The notes under the pieces: model-generated
Databases searched by the model: none
The model's input: the letters and a program-made list of their open reading frames with translations, nothing else
Told to the model about the DNA's origin: nothing
Program-made: the position numbers and the translations under genes
Shown: in pieces, positions 10,903 through 20,073 of the stretch
Layout of the letters: each line of letters opens with the position of its first letter
Position numbering within the stretch: the stretch's first letter is position 1
NCBI GenBank assembly: GCA_019056785.1
Contig: DXJV01000062.1
Location: forward strand, 9,441 to 73,440
DNA: 64,000 nucleotides
Direction of reading: 5' to 3'
From: Candidatus Heimdallarchaeota archaeon
Lineage (GTDB): Archaea > Asgardarchaeota > Heimdallarchaeia > JABLTI01

Positions 10903-11876
10903 AAAAGAAAGCCCTCATTACCTTTACCGCTTTGACTTGTATTATGGCAATTCTCTTGTCGACAACTGGTGCTTCTGCTTTAGAAGTCTCTTGGTCCATT
11001 GGTGTTCCTTATGAATATGGCTTCAAAGAATCCTTTTATAACGAATTATTCTATACTCTGAAAGATGGGAGCGTTGAAACGAAAATTAATGAGATGTCCT
11101 CACAATTCACCTTTATTGTTAATATTACAGCGATCGATAATGTTACACAGCGACTGGATTATGATCTCATTAGCATTCCTTCAATTAATTATAACACTGG
11201 TATAGCATATAGCATGGCTTCCTATCTGTCGGCTGTTCCTTCTCCTGCTGCTTTTCTCTCTACGTTTCTACAATGGGATTTCCTTCACAATGAAACTGTT
11301 CTTGCTGGTTTTGATGTAATGCTCTATAGCCGCTTCTTTCTCGAACCCAATTGGACGGTTTTTAACGACCATTATAAGTCGCTGCTTAATACCTCTAGCA
11401 TTCTTGACTCATTTGTCAACCCATACAATGGCTCTAAAATTGAAGCTATTACACTGGGGGAGCTCTTAGCTGCAAGTAATTCGTATTCAATTATGGGCGT
11501 TGAAAATGACCTTGAAGCTGCAAAAGCAAAGCTTACGCCCACCAACCGAGGTTTTAGCTTTTCCATCGATCTTGCTGGGACACTGAAATACAATTACTTT
11601 AACGGCACTGATATTCTCTTCATTCCTGCGTTCAAAGCACTTTTTAGCTCAAGTTTTCAATATAGCGCTGAAGGTGTTCTGGAGTTCTTCCGGTATTCCT
11701 TTGAATTTGGCATTAACTATCCCGAAGTTTCCCAACTTTCCAGTCAAGATTATCACTATCAGTTAGGGGGGATTCCTTCTGAAAGTTCTTCCTTACCCTC
11801 TCTTTTTGTTGTACCCGCTGCCCTTGCTACTATTCTTTTAATTGTTGTTGTTCGCAAAGAGAAGAAAAAAGTTTAA
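10899..11876 (+). CDS. Anchored surface protein, paralog 2
   Basis: Signal peptide, shared family motifs, C-terminal TM + RKEKKK; ATG overlaps the upstream stop. Confidence 0.8.
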   Translation: MKKKALITFTALTCIMAILLSTTGASALEVSWSIGVPYEYGFKESFYNELFYTLKDGSVETKINEMSSQFTFIVNITAIDNVTQRLDYDLISIPSINYNTGIAYSMASYLSAVPSPAAFLSTFLQWDFLHNETVLAGFDVMLYSRFFLEPNWTVFNDHYKSLLNTSSILDSFVNPYNGSKIEAITLGELLAASNSYSIMGVENDLEAAKAKLTPTNRGFSFSIDLAGTLKYNYFNGTDILFIPAFKALFSSSFQYSAEGVLEFFRYSFEFGINYPEVSQLSSQDYHYQLGGIPSESSSLPSLFVVPAALATILLIVVVRKEKKKV

Positions 11877-11973
11877 TTCTTTTAATCTTCTTTTTTTTTC
11901 ACTTCTTTTTTCTAATAAATGCTTAAATGCCTACTTTTGATAGTTTATCAATAAAAACTATTTGGTGGAAGAA

Positions 11974-12491
11974 TTGAATCGCAAAACCAAAATTCTTCTT
12001 GTTACTGTCGGATTGTTTTCTTTCTTAGCAACAAATATTCCGTTGGGTATTTATTTTGTCTTCGAACAAACAATTCAATCTGCTTGTTCCAAATATCACT
12101 CTCTCTAAAGGAAGTTCTTTCCATAGTGCTTAGTGCCACAATACTGGCTTTCCATTTTGTCCTTTCTTCCTTTTCAAAAAGATTCTTATACCCTTATGAA
12201 GGACTAGCCTACTTATAGGTGATTAAATGAATTTAATTAAAAAAACTTTGTTATTCCAAACACTTTTCTTGGTGTTCTTAGCATAATGATGGCATTCTTA
12301 GCCACTTCAGCTTGTCAGAAGACTTCTCCTTTGAGAATCCTTTAATTTCCAAGACTTTTCATCAAATTTATGACTATTGGTTAGGTGGTAACCCAAGTAA
12401 AAGTACTTCTCTCCCGTATAACTTGTTTATCCCTATTGCTTTGAGTGTTTTGGTCGTAATAAAAGTTTTTAAGAAGAAAACGATTCACTAA
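11974..12491 (+). pseudogene. Internally deleted remnant(s) of further paralog(s)
   Basis: TTG-NRKTKILLVTVGLFSFLA (cf. paralog 3 KSKFLLLVTVALLS); second SD+ATG at 12227; ends YDYWLGGNPSKSTSLPYNLFIPIALSVLVVIKVFKKKTIH* (cf. paralog 2 YHYQLGGIPSESSSLPSLFVVPAAL). Confidence 0.65.
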
Positions 12492-12585
12492 TTCTATCGT
12501 TTTTCTTCCATCTCTTTCTTTTTCTTAAGAAAATCTTAAATGGTCTAAAAATTATTATCTCATAAAAAGTTCTTATGGGTGAATT

Positions 12586-13527
12586 TTGAAGATGAAGAAA
12601 AGCAAATTTCTCCTCCTAGTTACTGTTGCCCTTCTTAGTGTTTTAGTTATGGGTTCCTCTTTTACCCGGGCTGTTTCTCCTGAATGGAATGTTGGTGACA
12701 TCTATCTTTGGGGCACACTAGCACGATCGTATGCTGTTGAGAATGGGGTGAAGACAGAAATCCTAATCACCTCTGAAGTTGAATATAATATCACTGGGAT
12801 TAATACTCTAGACCTCGAGTTTGATGCTTATCGGACAACAACTTCTGGAAGGCAATTCTTGAATGACCGGAGTTATGGTGCGGATGATTTCATTAGTTCT
12901 GCCTTTCATCTAGGCTCCTTTGTAGGTGTTGATTATGAGTGGGATTATGAGCACAATCGAACCGTATTAACCGAGTTTGTTGTTAGTTTAGACCCCTATT
13001 ATCTCCTTGAACCTGATTGGGCAAAGATTAACAAAGCCTTTCGAGACATGCTTAATGGTTCTGAGATTATTGAGACGGTAAATGATCCCTATAGCTCTAC
13101 GGTCTATAACTTTACCCTTCAAGAAGTAATGGACTACTTGAATGTCAAAATCAATGGGAAGAACTCCTTCGCCAGTGGTTGGAACAGTTTCACTGATAGC
13201 CGGACAAAGTGGAGTTTTGAGTTCGATTTGAGTGGTAAAGTAAATATGGGACAGAATAACGGTACCATGATTCTTTATACTCCCTTTGAGAAAGCTACTA
13301 TAAAGCTGGAAATCGAATATACCAAGGGTGGTGTTTTAGAAAAATCCTTGGCTTATCAATATGGAAAAATAACAATCGATGGTGAAACCTCAGAAGGTAC
13401 CGAAGAAGCTAAAATTGCCCTTGGTGGGTTAAAGTCCGTCCAGGCTAATTTTGCCACTTTTGCCGCCTTGGGTGGTCTTGTCTTTGTAGCGGCAATCGTC
13501 CTCATACGAAAACGTCGCCAAAAATAA
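12586..13527 (+). CDS. Anchored surface protein, paralog 3
   Basis: Signal peptide; WDYEHNRTVL and LLEPDW motifs; C-terminal ANFATFAALGGLVFVAAIVLIRKRRQK. Confidence 0.8.
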   Translation: MKMKKSKFLLLVTVALLSVLVMGSSFTRAVSPEWNVGDIYLWGTLARSYAVENGVKTEILITSEVEYNITGINTLDLEFDAYRTTTSGRQFLNDRSYGADDFISSAFHLGSFVGVDYEWDYEHNRTVLTEFVVSLDPYYLLEPDWAKINKAFRDMLNGSEIIETVNDPYSSTVYNFTLQEVMDYLNVKINGKNSFASGWNSFTDSRTKWSFEFDLSGKVNMGQNNGTMILYTPFEKATIKLEIEYTKGGVLEKSLAYQYGKITIDGETSEGTEEAKIALGGLKSVQANFATFAALGGLVFVAAIVLIRKRRQK

Positions 13528-13539
13528 GCCAGCCATCAA

Positions 13540-13575
13540 CTTCTTTTTTCCTTTTCTTTTTTTTATTTTTTTTAG
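13540..13575 (+). terminator. U-rich archaeal terminator
   Basis: Long T tracts directly after the stop codon (similar tracts at about 11878-11912 and 33920-33957). Confidence 0.5.
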
Positions 13576-13693
13576 GCTAATTTTCTCTTTAGCTTTTTGC
13601 CTTAACCTTAAATGATTTAAAAAGTGGAGTGTATTTATAGTGTGCATTTAAGAGAAATAATCTTTTTTACAGCACTCGTTAGAGGAATTTGCC

Positions 13694-16600
13694 ATGGTGG
13701 GATCGCTGAAAAAACTCTTGCTTATACTCTTACTATTCATTACTCCCTTTTCTTCCTTACTCCCAAGAATTATTGGAACTGTTACTGTTTCTCCACCGGC
13801 TATTGCTCGAAAGGCTCAGCCCTTTTCCCCATTTGAGCAATCTCTTCCTTCCACTGAGGGTGGTGTTCTTTGGGAATCTATTCATGAGCTTTCAGGAGAT
13901 ATTACTACTCCTCCGGTGGTTGCTTATCTTACAAGCGCTGAAGACGAGCAAGTTGTTTTTTTGGGTACTGAAGTTGGTCTTGCTTTGATTGCCGTTTCTA
14001 CTGGTGAAATTTCTTGGTTCCATAATACTCCTGGGGCGGTTCTCAGTATTACTGTTGTTTCTGATCTTACTGGTGATAGTGTTAATGAGGTTTTTCTTAC
14101 TCATGATAGTCAATTATTTAATAACACTGAATTGCTGAGTGGTTTGGATGGCTCTCTTCTCTGGTCCTTCCGTCCCACACAAAATTGCTGGGTGGATGGT
14201 CTTGGGTATACTTCCCAAGAGACAAAAAGCTGGTCCAGTTTGGTTCTTGATGATATTTCTTCTGATGGTCAGCCTGACTTTCTGATCACTTCTTACAATG
14301 CGGCTTTTGCTCTTGAAGGTTCGACTGGCAAACTTTTATGGTCCTATTTTGCTTCTGACGATCTCTGGTCCTCTGCTTTACTTGATGATATTGATAATGA
14401 TGGCTTTTCTGATGTTGCCTTGGGCTCTCAGGATGGTTACTTATTTGCTCTTAGTGCTCGTGATGGTTCTCTTCTCTGGCAAGTTCTTGCCACTCAACCT
14501 GAATCGACGGTTATTGACCTTGTTGGCACCATGTGGTTTGATCGGAGTGTTTTTAATGTTCTAACTATTCCAGATGTTTCTAGCGATGGTAAACAAGACC
14601 TTTTAATCACAAATGAGAATGGCTATTGCATTATTTATGACGCAATGAATGGCGAATCTTTGAGTCGGGTGAAAGTCTACTCCCGGACTGGTGAGGTTCC
14701 CCCAGAGTCTTATTATGGCAGCCAGGACTTTTATAATGTAGTTGCTTATCCTCTTTCCTCGAGTAGTTATCCGGGTGCCATTTTAACTGTTGGTCGTTCT
14801 TCTGTCACTTTTGGTAATAGTAGTTTTACGTTGTTAACCCTTGATGGAGATGAATTGTCTATTGAATGGACTAGCACTTCTCTTCCTTCTGCAGACATTC
14901 GAGGGTATGCTGCTTTTGAAGCTGAAGATTTGACTGGCAATTACACCAAGCTTATTACTCCAACAGGGACCGAGAATGAAAACAATATCCGTGAGATTGA
15001 GGTGCGTTCCCTGGAAAACAATTCCATTGTTGCTATTTGGGAGATACCCGTCTTCTGTAGTTCTTTCTCAGAGAATTTTAATTTTATGGAGAACTCCTTT
15101 ACCTACCCGTTTCGTGGCAATTATGCTCTTCTTGTTGATGATTTCAATGGCACTTCCAGCCCTGAAGTGTTAATCTATCTGACAAATGCTGGTCTTTTCG
15201 CTTTGGATGGTGACACAGGCGAGGAGCTTTGGCGTCAAACTTTAGTCCAAAAAGTCTCGATGGAAGCTTTTACTGATGTAAACAAGGATGGGACAATTGA
15301 TTTACTCCGAAAGAAGCTCTTTTACCCTGAGAGCTTTCAACAAGACTATTATTTATATTCAGAGCTGGCTGTTCTTTCAGGTACTACTGGTGAGCTTCTC
15401 TGGAATTTCTCTCTACCTATTAAAGAGCTGGCTCAGATTGGCGGTGGCTTTTCTGATTACATTTTCACTGAAGACCTGACTGGTGATAATGTTAGTGATT
15501 TATGGGTTGTGGCTCAAGAGGGTGACGAGATCGAAGGCTTATTAGATAATGCTTCCAAGATTTACCTTTTGGATGGTACTACGGGCGCTGTTGTTTGGGA
15601 AAAGTTTGCCACTGACCCTTCTTTTGTGTATTCGAAAGAGCAGCTCCGCATTACTTCTGTGGCCACGATTCACGACCAGAATGGCGATAATGTTACTGAC
15701 TTATTAGTTGCTTGTGAACGAAGTATTGTTTATTGTATGAGTGGTCTTACTGGAGAACCGCTCTGGAACCTTTCTCGAGAGGTCCCAAGCTTCTTCCCAA
15801 ATTATCGTAGTTTCATTCCATGGGCGAGTACGATTATTAATGCCGGCAATATTCTTGGCAATGAAACAGAGGATTTTATTTTCATTGGTGATGATAGCAA
15901 GGTTAGAATGGTGGATTCCGATAATTTTTCAACAGTCTTTTGGGAATGGTCCCTTAGTGATTATTGGGTTAATTATCGTAGTTATCTTTTTCAAAGGGAT
16001 ATTACTGAGAATGTTAGTTGTCTGGTGTTCACTGCAAATAGGCCTGAGTCTTCCCATTCTATTATTCTTAATCTCACTTCTGGCGAACCTCTTCTCATTG
16101 CAGAAGGCGACTTAACTCAACAGATTTACAAGCTTTTTGTGGTAGATTTTAACTACGATGGTTTTAAGGACCATATCTTATTCAAGCCCTATAAAACTGC
16201 AGGACTTGATGCGGGAATATATATTATTGATAGTGTTACAGGGTCCTTGTTAAGCTATTACTCTTTACATAAGCCCCAGTATGATACTAACACCTGGATT
16301 TTCGAGCAATTTTTCAGAGCAGGTGTGACTGACTTTTTCGATGTTATAGATGATATGGATGACGATGCAATCCCTGAACTGATTTTAGGTTATTCCATTG
16401 GGCGGTATAATGAAGATGAAGAAAATCAGGGTATGGTCATTGAAATTATTAGTCCTGGAACATTCAAAGCAGAAATGATTAAACGCTTTGAAATTGTGAA
16501 GGAAGAAATAGACCAATTCTCTCGCCCACCACTTTATATTGCTCCCTTTGTCAAAAACCTTGGTGATATTTCTGGCGATGGTCTGTCAGATATTCTTGTT

Positions 16601-17188
16601 ACTTTAATGGATTATAACTATGATTTTGTCAGTTCTATTGTTAGTTTGGACCCTAATTTGGAGAAGGACGAAGAAGACTTCTCACTCCTCTGGAAACAAC
16701 TCGAGTTGCCTATTTTCGATGCTCTAGATCCCACTAAATTAACTGGTTTGCTGAATAGTAAATTGGTTTGTACGGATTATTTTGGTCGTGTGATTCCTGT
16801 TGATAATGCCTTTGAAGTTGTTATTAATTCCTTTGAAGTTATTAAGAAAGCAACAGGAAATTACTTGATTAGCTGGGAAACTACTGCTGACTCGGTTATT
16901 TCTGAGGTCTTTCTGAATGGTTTATTAGTTGCTATTACAACAGAGTCAGAGTATCAGCTATTCTTGGGAAATGAGGCTTATAATATTAGCATTGTTGTCA
17001 TTGATCCTTATGGTATCAAAGCTTACACTCAATTGTTCTATAAAGTTGACCACTTTAATAGTCTGTTTGTTGTCTGGATTATTATTGGAGTGGTATTAGT
17101 TTCCTATTTTGGCTTGAAAATTATCTTCAAAGTAAAGAAGAAGGAAGACTTGACTCAATTCGGCCCTGAGATCAATTTACCGAGGTAA
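13694..17188 (+). CDS. Large PQQ-like/FG-GAP beta-propeller surface protein
   Basis: Repeated 'LDG.TG..LW' and 'D...DG..D(L/V)' motifs; signal peptide; C-terminal TM. Confidence 0.85.
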   Translation: MVGSLKKLLLILLLFITPFSSLLPRIIGTVTVSPPAIARKAQPFSPFEQSLPSTEGGVLWESIHELSGDITTPPVVAYLTSAEDEQVVFLGTEVGLALIAVSTGEISWFHNTPGAVLSITVVSDLTGDSVNEVFLTHDSQLFNNTELLSGLDGSLLWSFRPTQNCWVDGLGYTSQETKSWSSLVLDDISSDGQPDFLITSYNAAFALEGSTGKLLWSYFASDDLWSSALLDDIDNDGFSDVALGSQDGYLFALSARDGSLLWQVLATQPESTVIDLVGTMWFDRSVFNVLTIPDVSSDGKQDLLITNENGYCIIYDAMNGESLSRVKVYSRTGEVPPESYYGSQDFYNVVAYPLSSSSYPGAILTVGRSSVTFGNSSFTLLTLDGDELSIEWTSTSLPSADIRGYAAFEAEDLTGNYTKLITPTGTENENNIREIEVRSLENNSIVAIWEIPVFCSSFSENFNFMENSFTYPFRGNYALLVDDFNGTSSPEVLIYLTNAGLFALDGDTGEELWRQTLVQKVSMEAFTDVNKDGTIDLLRKKLFYPESFQQDYYLYSELAVLSGTTGELLWNFSLPIKELAQIGGGFSDYIFTEDLTGDNVSDLWVVAQEGDEIEGLLDNASKIYLLDGTTGAVVWEKFATDPSFVYSKEQLRITSVATIHDQNGDNVTDLLVACERSIVYCMSGLTGEPLWNLSREVPSFFPNYRSFIPWASTIINAGNILGNETEDFIFIGDDSKVRMVDSDNFSTVFWEWSLSDYWVNYRSYLFQRDITENVSCLVFTANRPESSHSIILNLTSGEPLLIAEGDLTQQIYKLFVVDFNYDGFKDHILFKPYKTAGLDAGIYIIDSVTGSLLSYYSLHKPQYDTNTWIFEQFFRAGVTDFFDVIDDMDDDAIPELILGYSIGRYNEDEENQGMVIEIISPGTFKAEMIKRFEIVKEEIDQFSRPPLYIAPFVKNLGDISGDGLSDILVTLMDYNYDFVSSIVSLDPNLEKDEEDFSLLWKQLELPIFDALDPTKLTGLLNSKLVCTDYFGRVIPVDNAFEVVINSFEVIKKATGNYLISWETTADSVISEVFLNGLLVAITTESEYQLFLGNEAYNISIVVIDPYGIKAYTQLFYKVDHFNSLFVVWIIIGVVLVSYFGLKIIFKVKKKEDLTQFGPEINLPR

Positions 17189-17193
17189 AGAAA

Positions 17194-18300
17194 ATGACCT
17201 ATCAAGAGAATTTCCCGGAAAAACAGCAACAATTTGCTGCGCCCCCCACAATTGCTGAAGAAGAGATTGAGGTTGATGAAAGCATAGCTATCCAGACATT
17301 CGGTTTGAAGAAATATTTTGGTCGGGGTTACAATCTCGTCAAAGCAGTCGATGGTATTAACCTCGAGGTGAAAGCCGGCGAAATTCATGGCTTTCTTGGA
17401 CCAAATGGCGCTGGGAAAACAACTACAATGCTTATGCTTGCTGGGACCTTACGCCCCACTGCTGGGAAGGGGTTTATCTTTGGTAAGCCTATTGGCACTC
17501 CTGCAGCGAACAAGTTGTTAGGCGTAGCTATTGCCAACCCTCAGTTCTGGAAGACTATGAGTGCTTACAAATATTTGGTCTATATGGGGCAACTTGCCGG
17601 CTTGCGAAAGAGCTTGGCAAAAGAACGCGCTAAAGAGTTTATGCACATTCTTGAGATGACAAAGCACGGCCATCGTTTACCTGTTGCCTTCTCGACAGGC
17701 ATGAAAGCAAAGTTGGCTGTGGCTCAAGCCCTAATGGCTCATCCCAAGATAGCCATTCTCGATGAAAGCACTGCAGGACTAGACCCTGAGTCGCGCTTTA
17801 AGTTAGTCAACACTATTAAAGAATTGGCTCAAATTCTTAATGTTAGCATTTTTGTTTCAGGCCATATTCTCACTGAGATTGAGAAGCTCGTCTCTCGGGT
17901 GACGATTATTGTCAAAGGAAAGATTGGCTTGACCACGACGATTCGCGAGATGCGCAAAGAGTTTTCGACAGGGCAATTTGCTCTCGAGTGCACTAACCCC
18001 CAGCAAGTGATGCAAGACCTCTTTAACCTGGGTGTTACCAGTCAGATCTTTATGGACCACAATGATGTAATCATCTTCCAAAGTGAGTTCATCGATTATG
18101 TTTATGCTCAATTACCTGAGATTCTCCGTCGAAACGGCTCGAGTTTGATGCGGTTTGCCCCCCTTGAAGTGACGCTCGAGGAAGTGTTCATTAATGTAAT
18201 TTCCAAGAGATACGGTGCTGACTTTTTATTCGAAGAAGAGCGATTATTTGAAGAACGACTCTCTCGTAAAGCGCGTAGAGGTTTGAAGAAATGGAGGTGA
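17194..18300 (+). CDS. ABC-2 type exporter ATP-binding protein
   Basis: Walker A GPNGAGKT, signature FSTGM, Walker B ILDES, H-loop SGH. Confidence 0.9.
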   Translation: MTYQENFPEKQQQFAAPPTIAEEEIEVDESIAIQTFGLKKYFGRGYNLVKAVDGINLEVKAGEIHGFLGPNGAGKTTTMLMLAGTLRPTAGKGFIFGKPIGTPAANKLLGVAIANPQFWKTMSAYKYLVYMGQLAGLRKSLAKERAKEFMHILEMTKHGHRLPVAFSTGMKAKLAVAQALMAHPKIAILDESTAGLDPESRFKLVNTIKELAQILNVSIFVSGHILTEIEKLVSRVTIIVKGKIGLTTTIREMRKEFSTGQFALECTNPQQVMQDLFNLGVTSQIFMDHNDVIIFQSEFIDYVYAQLPEILRRNGSSLMRFAPLEVTLEEVFINVISKRYGADFLFEEERLFEERLSRKARRGLKKWR

Positions 18301-19349
18301 AAGACATGAGTGAAATATCCCCCCCAATAGAAAAAATCGAGTTCATTCCAGTCGAACTTTTGGAGAAGAAAAAGAAAAAGCCAAAGAAAGAGCGTCGTTA
18401 TAATGGCTTGGGGATTATCTTCCAAAAGACTTTCCTCGAGTTATTTAGCTTAAAACGAGTGATTCCTTATATTCTTCTCTCAGTTATCTTTCCCTTCATT
18501 TTTTCTGCTATTCTCACTGGCACACTTGGCAATATTGGTGTTATGAATCTAGATTATCAAATTGATATTGTTGTGAATTATTTTACTTTTTATGCCTTCT
18601 TCTGGAATGCTGGGATTCTCCTTTGGCTGTTCTGTGGGCTCTCAGCCACCACTTTTATCTCGAGTGAAATTAATCAAGGAACGATGATTTTTCTCTTAAC
18701 AAAACCCATCCGCCGGAGCACCATCTACATTGGCAAATATCTTGGCTATTTGGTTAATATGATTATCATGCAATTTTTCTCCCTTCTCATAGCATTAACA
18801 ACAACTTGCACGATTTTCCGCGTCTCTAGAAAGGTTTTTGCCACAGGAATGTATTATTTCATCCCCATTTTCCTGTTCTCAATTCTCATAATTGCTTGTG
18901 TTGGGTTAATTTTAGGCTTCCTCTCCATTATTAACAAACGCGTTGTGGTTGGCGTTCTCGTGAATATGTTGCTTATTATTACTATTTATTTCTTAGGAAT
19001 CATTCTCCGTTTAGCCATACCCCAGTTCTATACAACCTATCATCTCTATTTATTGGACTTGGGCTACAACTTGAGCTTAATCTTTCTCTTTTTCTTAAGT
19101 GGTTTTGGTTTCCAACCGATACCAACTTTTCAGAAAAATATGGGGTTGTTTTTTGGCACCTACCCAACAATGTTAGGTGATACCTCTAAATATCTTGATA
19201 GTCTTGATCCTGAAAATGGCATTACCATTATTTCATCGGTTAATAGCTACATCAGTCCCATCGTGAGTTTAATAGTATTAGTTTCAATAACCGTCTTCCT
19301 ACTCATCTTGGGATTGATAATCCTCGAAAGAAAAGATATCAGCCCTTAA
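18291..19349 (+). CDS. ABC-2 type permease
   Basis: 'ISSEINQGTMIFLLTKPIRRSTIYIGKYLG' motif; about 6 TMs. Confidence 0.9.
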   Translation: MEVKDMSEISPPIEKIEFIPVELLEKKKKKPKKERRYNGLGIIFQKTFLELFSLKRVIPYILLSVIFPFIFSAILTGTLGNIGVMNLDYQIDIVVNYFTFYAFFWNAGILLWLFCGLSATTFISSEINQGTMIFLLTKPIRRSTIYIGKYLGYLVNMIIMQFFSLLIALTTTCTIFRVSRKVFATGMYYFIPIFLFSILIIACVGLILGFLSIINKRVVVGVLVNMLLIITIYFLGIILRLAIPQFYTTYHLYLLDLGYNLSLIFLFFLSGFGFQPIPTFQKNMGLFFGTYPTMLGDTSKYLDSLDPENGITIISSVNSYISPIVSLIVLVSITVFLLILGLIILERKDISP

Positions 19350-19399
19350 CTTATTGTTTGCTGTATAAATCCCCCTTCAAACTGGCGTTCTATGTCGTT

Positions 19400-19765
19400 T
19401 CATCTATCATCAACAACTGCAGGTTTTTCTATCACTACTCTCTTTCCTTCCAGTAATGTTCTTAGAAGTTTTATTCTCCCAGACTTGAAGAGCCGCCAAC
19501 TAGTTCCTCGCGAGACACTCATTAATTGCCCAGCTTCATCTTGATTCAACCCTTCAAAGTCTACCAAACGCATTGCTTCATACTCGGCAATGGTCAACAT
19601 AATTTTCTCTTTGCTTTTCAATGGTTTTGGTACTAGTTCTTTTATTTCCGGGAGAGCTTCTATTACTATTTCCTTTAATGGCCTTCCTCTCCCTCGTTCT
19701 CTTTGTCTATCTTGAAACCCTCTTGCACCTCCCCTGCGTCCCCTTCGATGATAATAGTCTCTCAT
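19400..19765 (-). CDS. DUF134 (UPF0251) HTH protein, copy 1
   Basis: 'RGRP...LTIAEYEAMRLVDFEGLNQDEAGQLMSVSRGT.WRL..SGR.K'. Confidence 0.9.
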   Translation of the reverse strand: MRDYYHRRGRRGGARGFQDRQRERGRGRPLKEIVIEALPEIKELVPKPLKSKEKIMLTIAEYEAMRLVDFEGLNQDEAGQLMSVSRGTSWRLFKSGRIKLLRTLLEGKRVVIEKPAVVDDR

Positions 19766-19822
19766 TTTTCTTGTCTCTTTCTTCTTCTATTGCTTTAGTC
19801 TGCCTTCTTGCACCTATTAATT

Positions 19823-19844
19823 TTTTTGTTCGTATGAACAAAAA
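19823..19844. promoter_or_regulatory. Palindromic operator upstream of DUF134 copy 1
   Basis: TTTTTGTTCGTATGAACAAAAA, one mismatched pair. Confidence 0.7.
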
Positions 19845-20073
19845 TAGCCTTTAATTGAACATTCTCATTTTTTATGAATGCTGTAATATAGAGTAGAAAA
19901 TTTTTGATGGTAACGAAAATAAATAGTAGAGAACAAAAATAATAGCATAAAAAAAAAGGTCTATACCCTAGAATTGGCAATTACTTTTAGATGATTTATT
20001 GGTGCTATTAAAACTATGAAAACATTTACTTAAAACATAAAAAAAGAAAAAAATCATTCAGAATTTGAATGAT

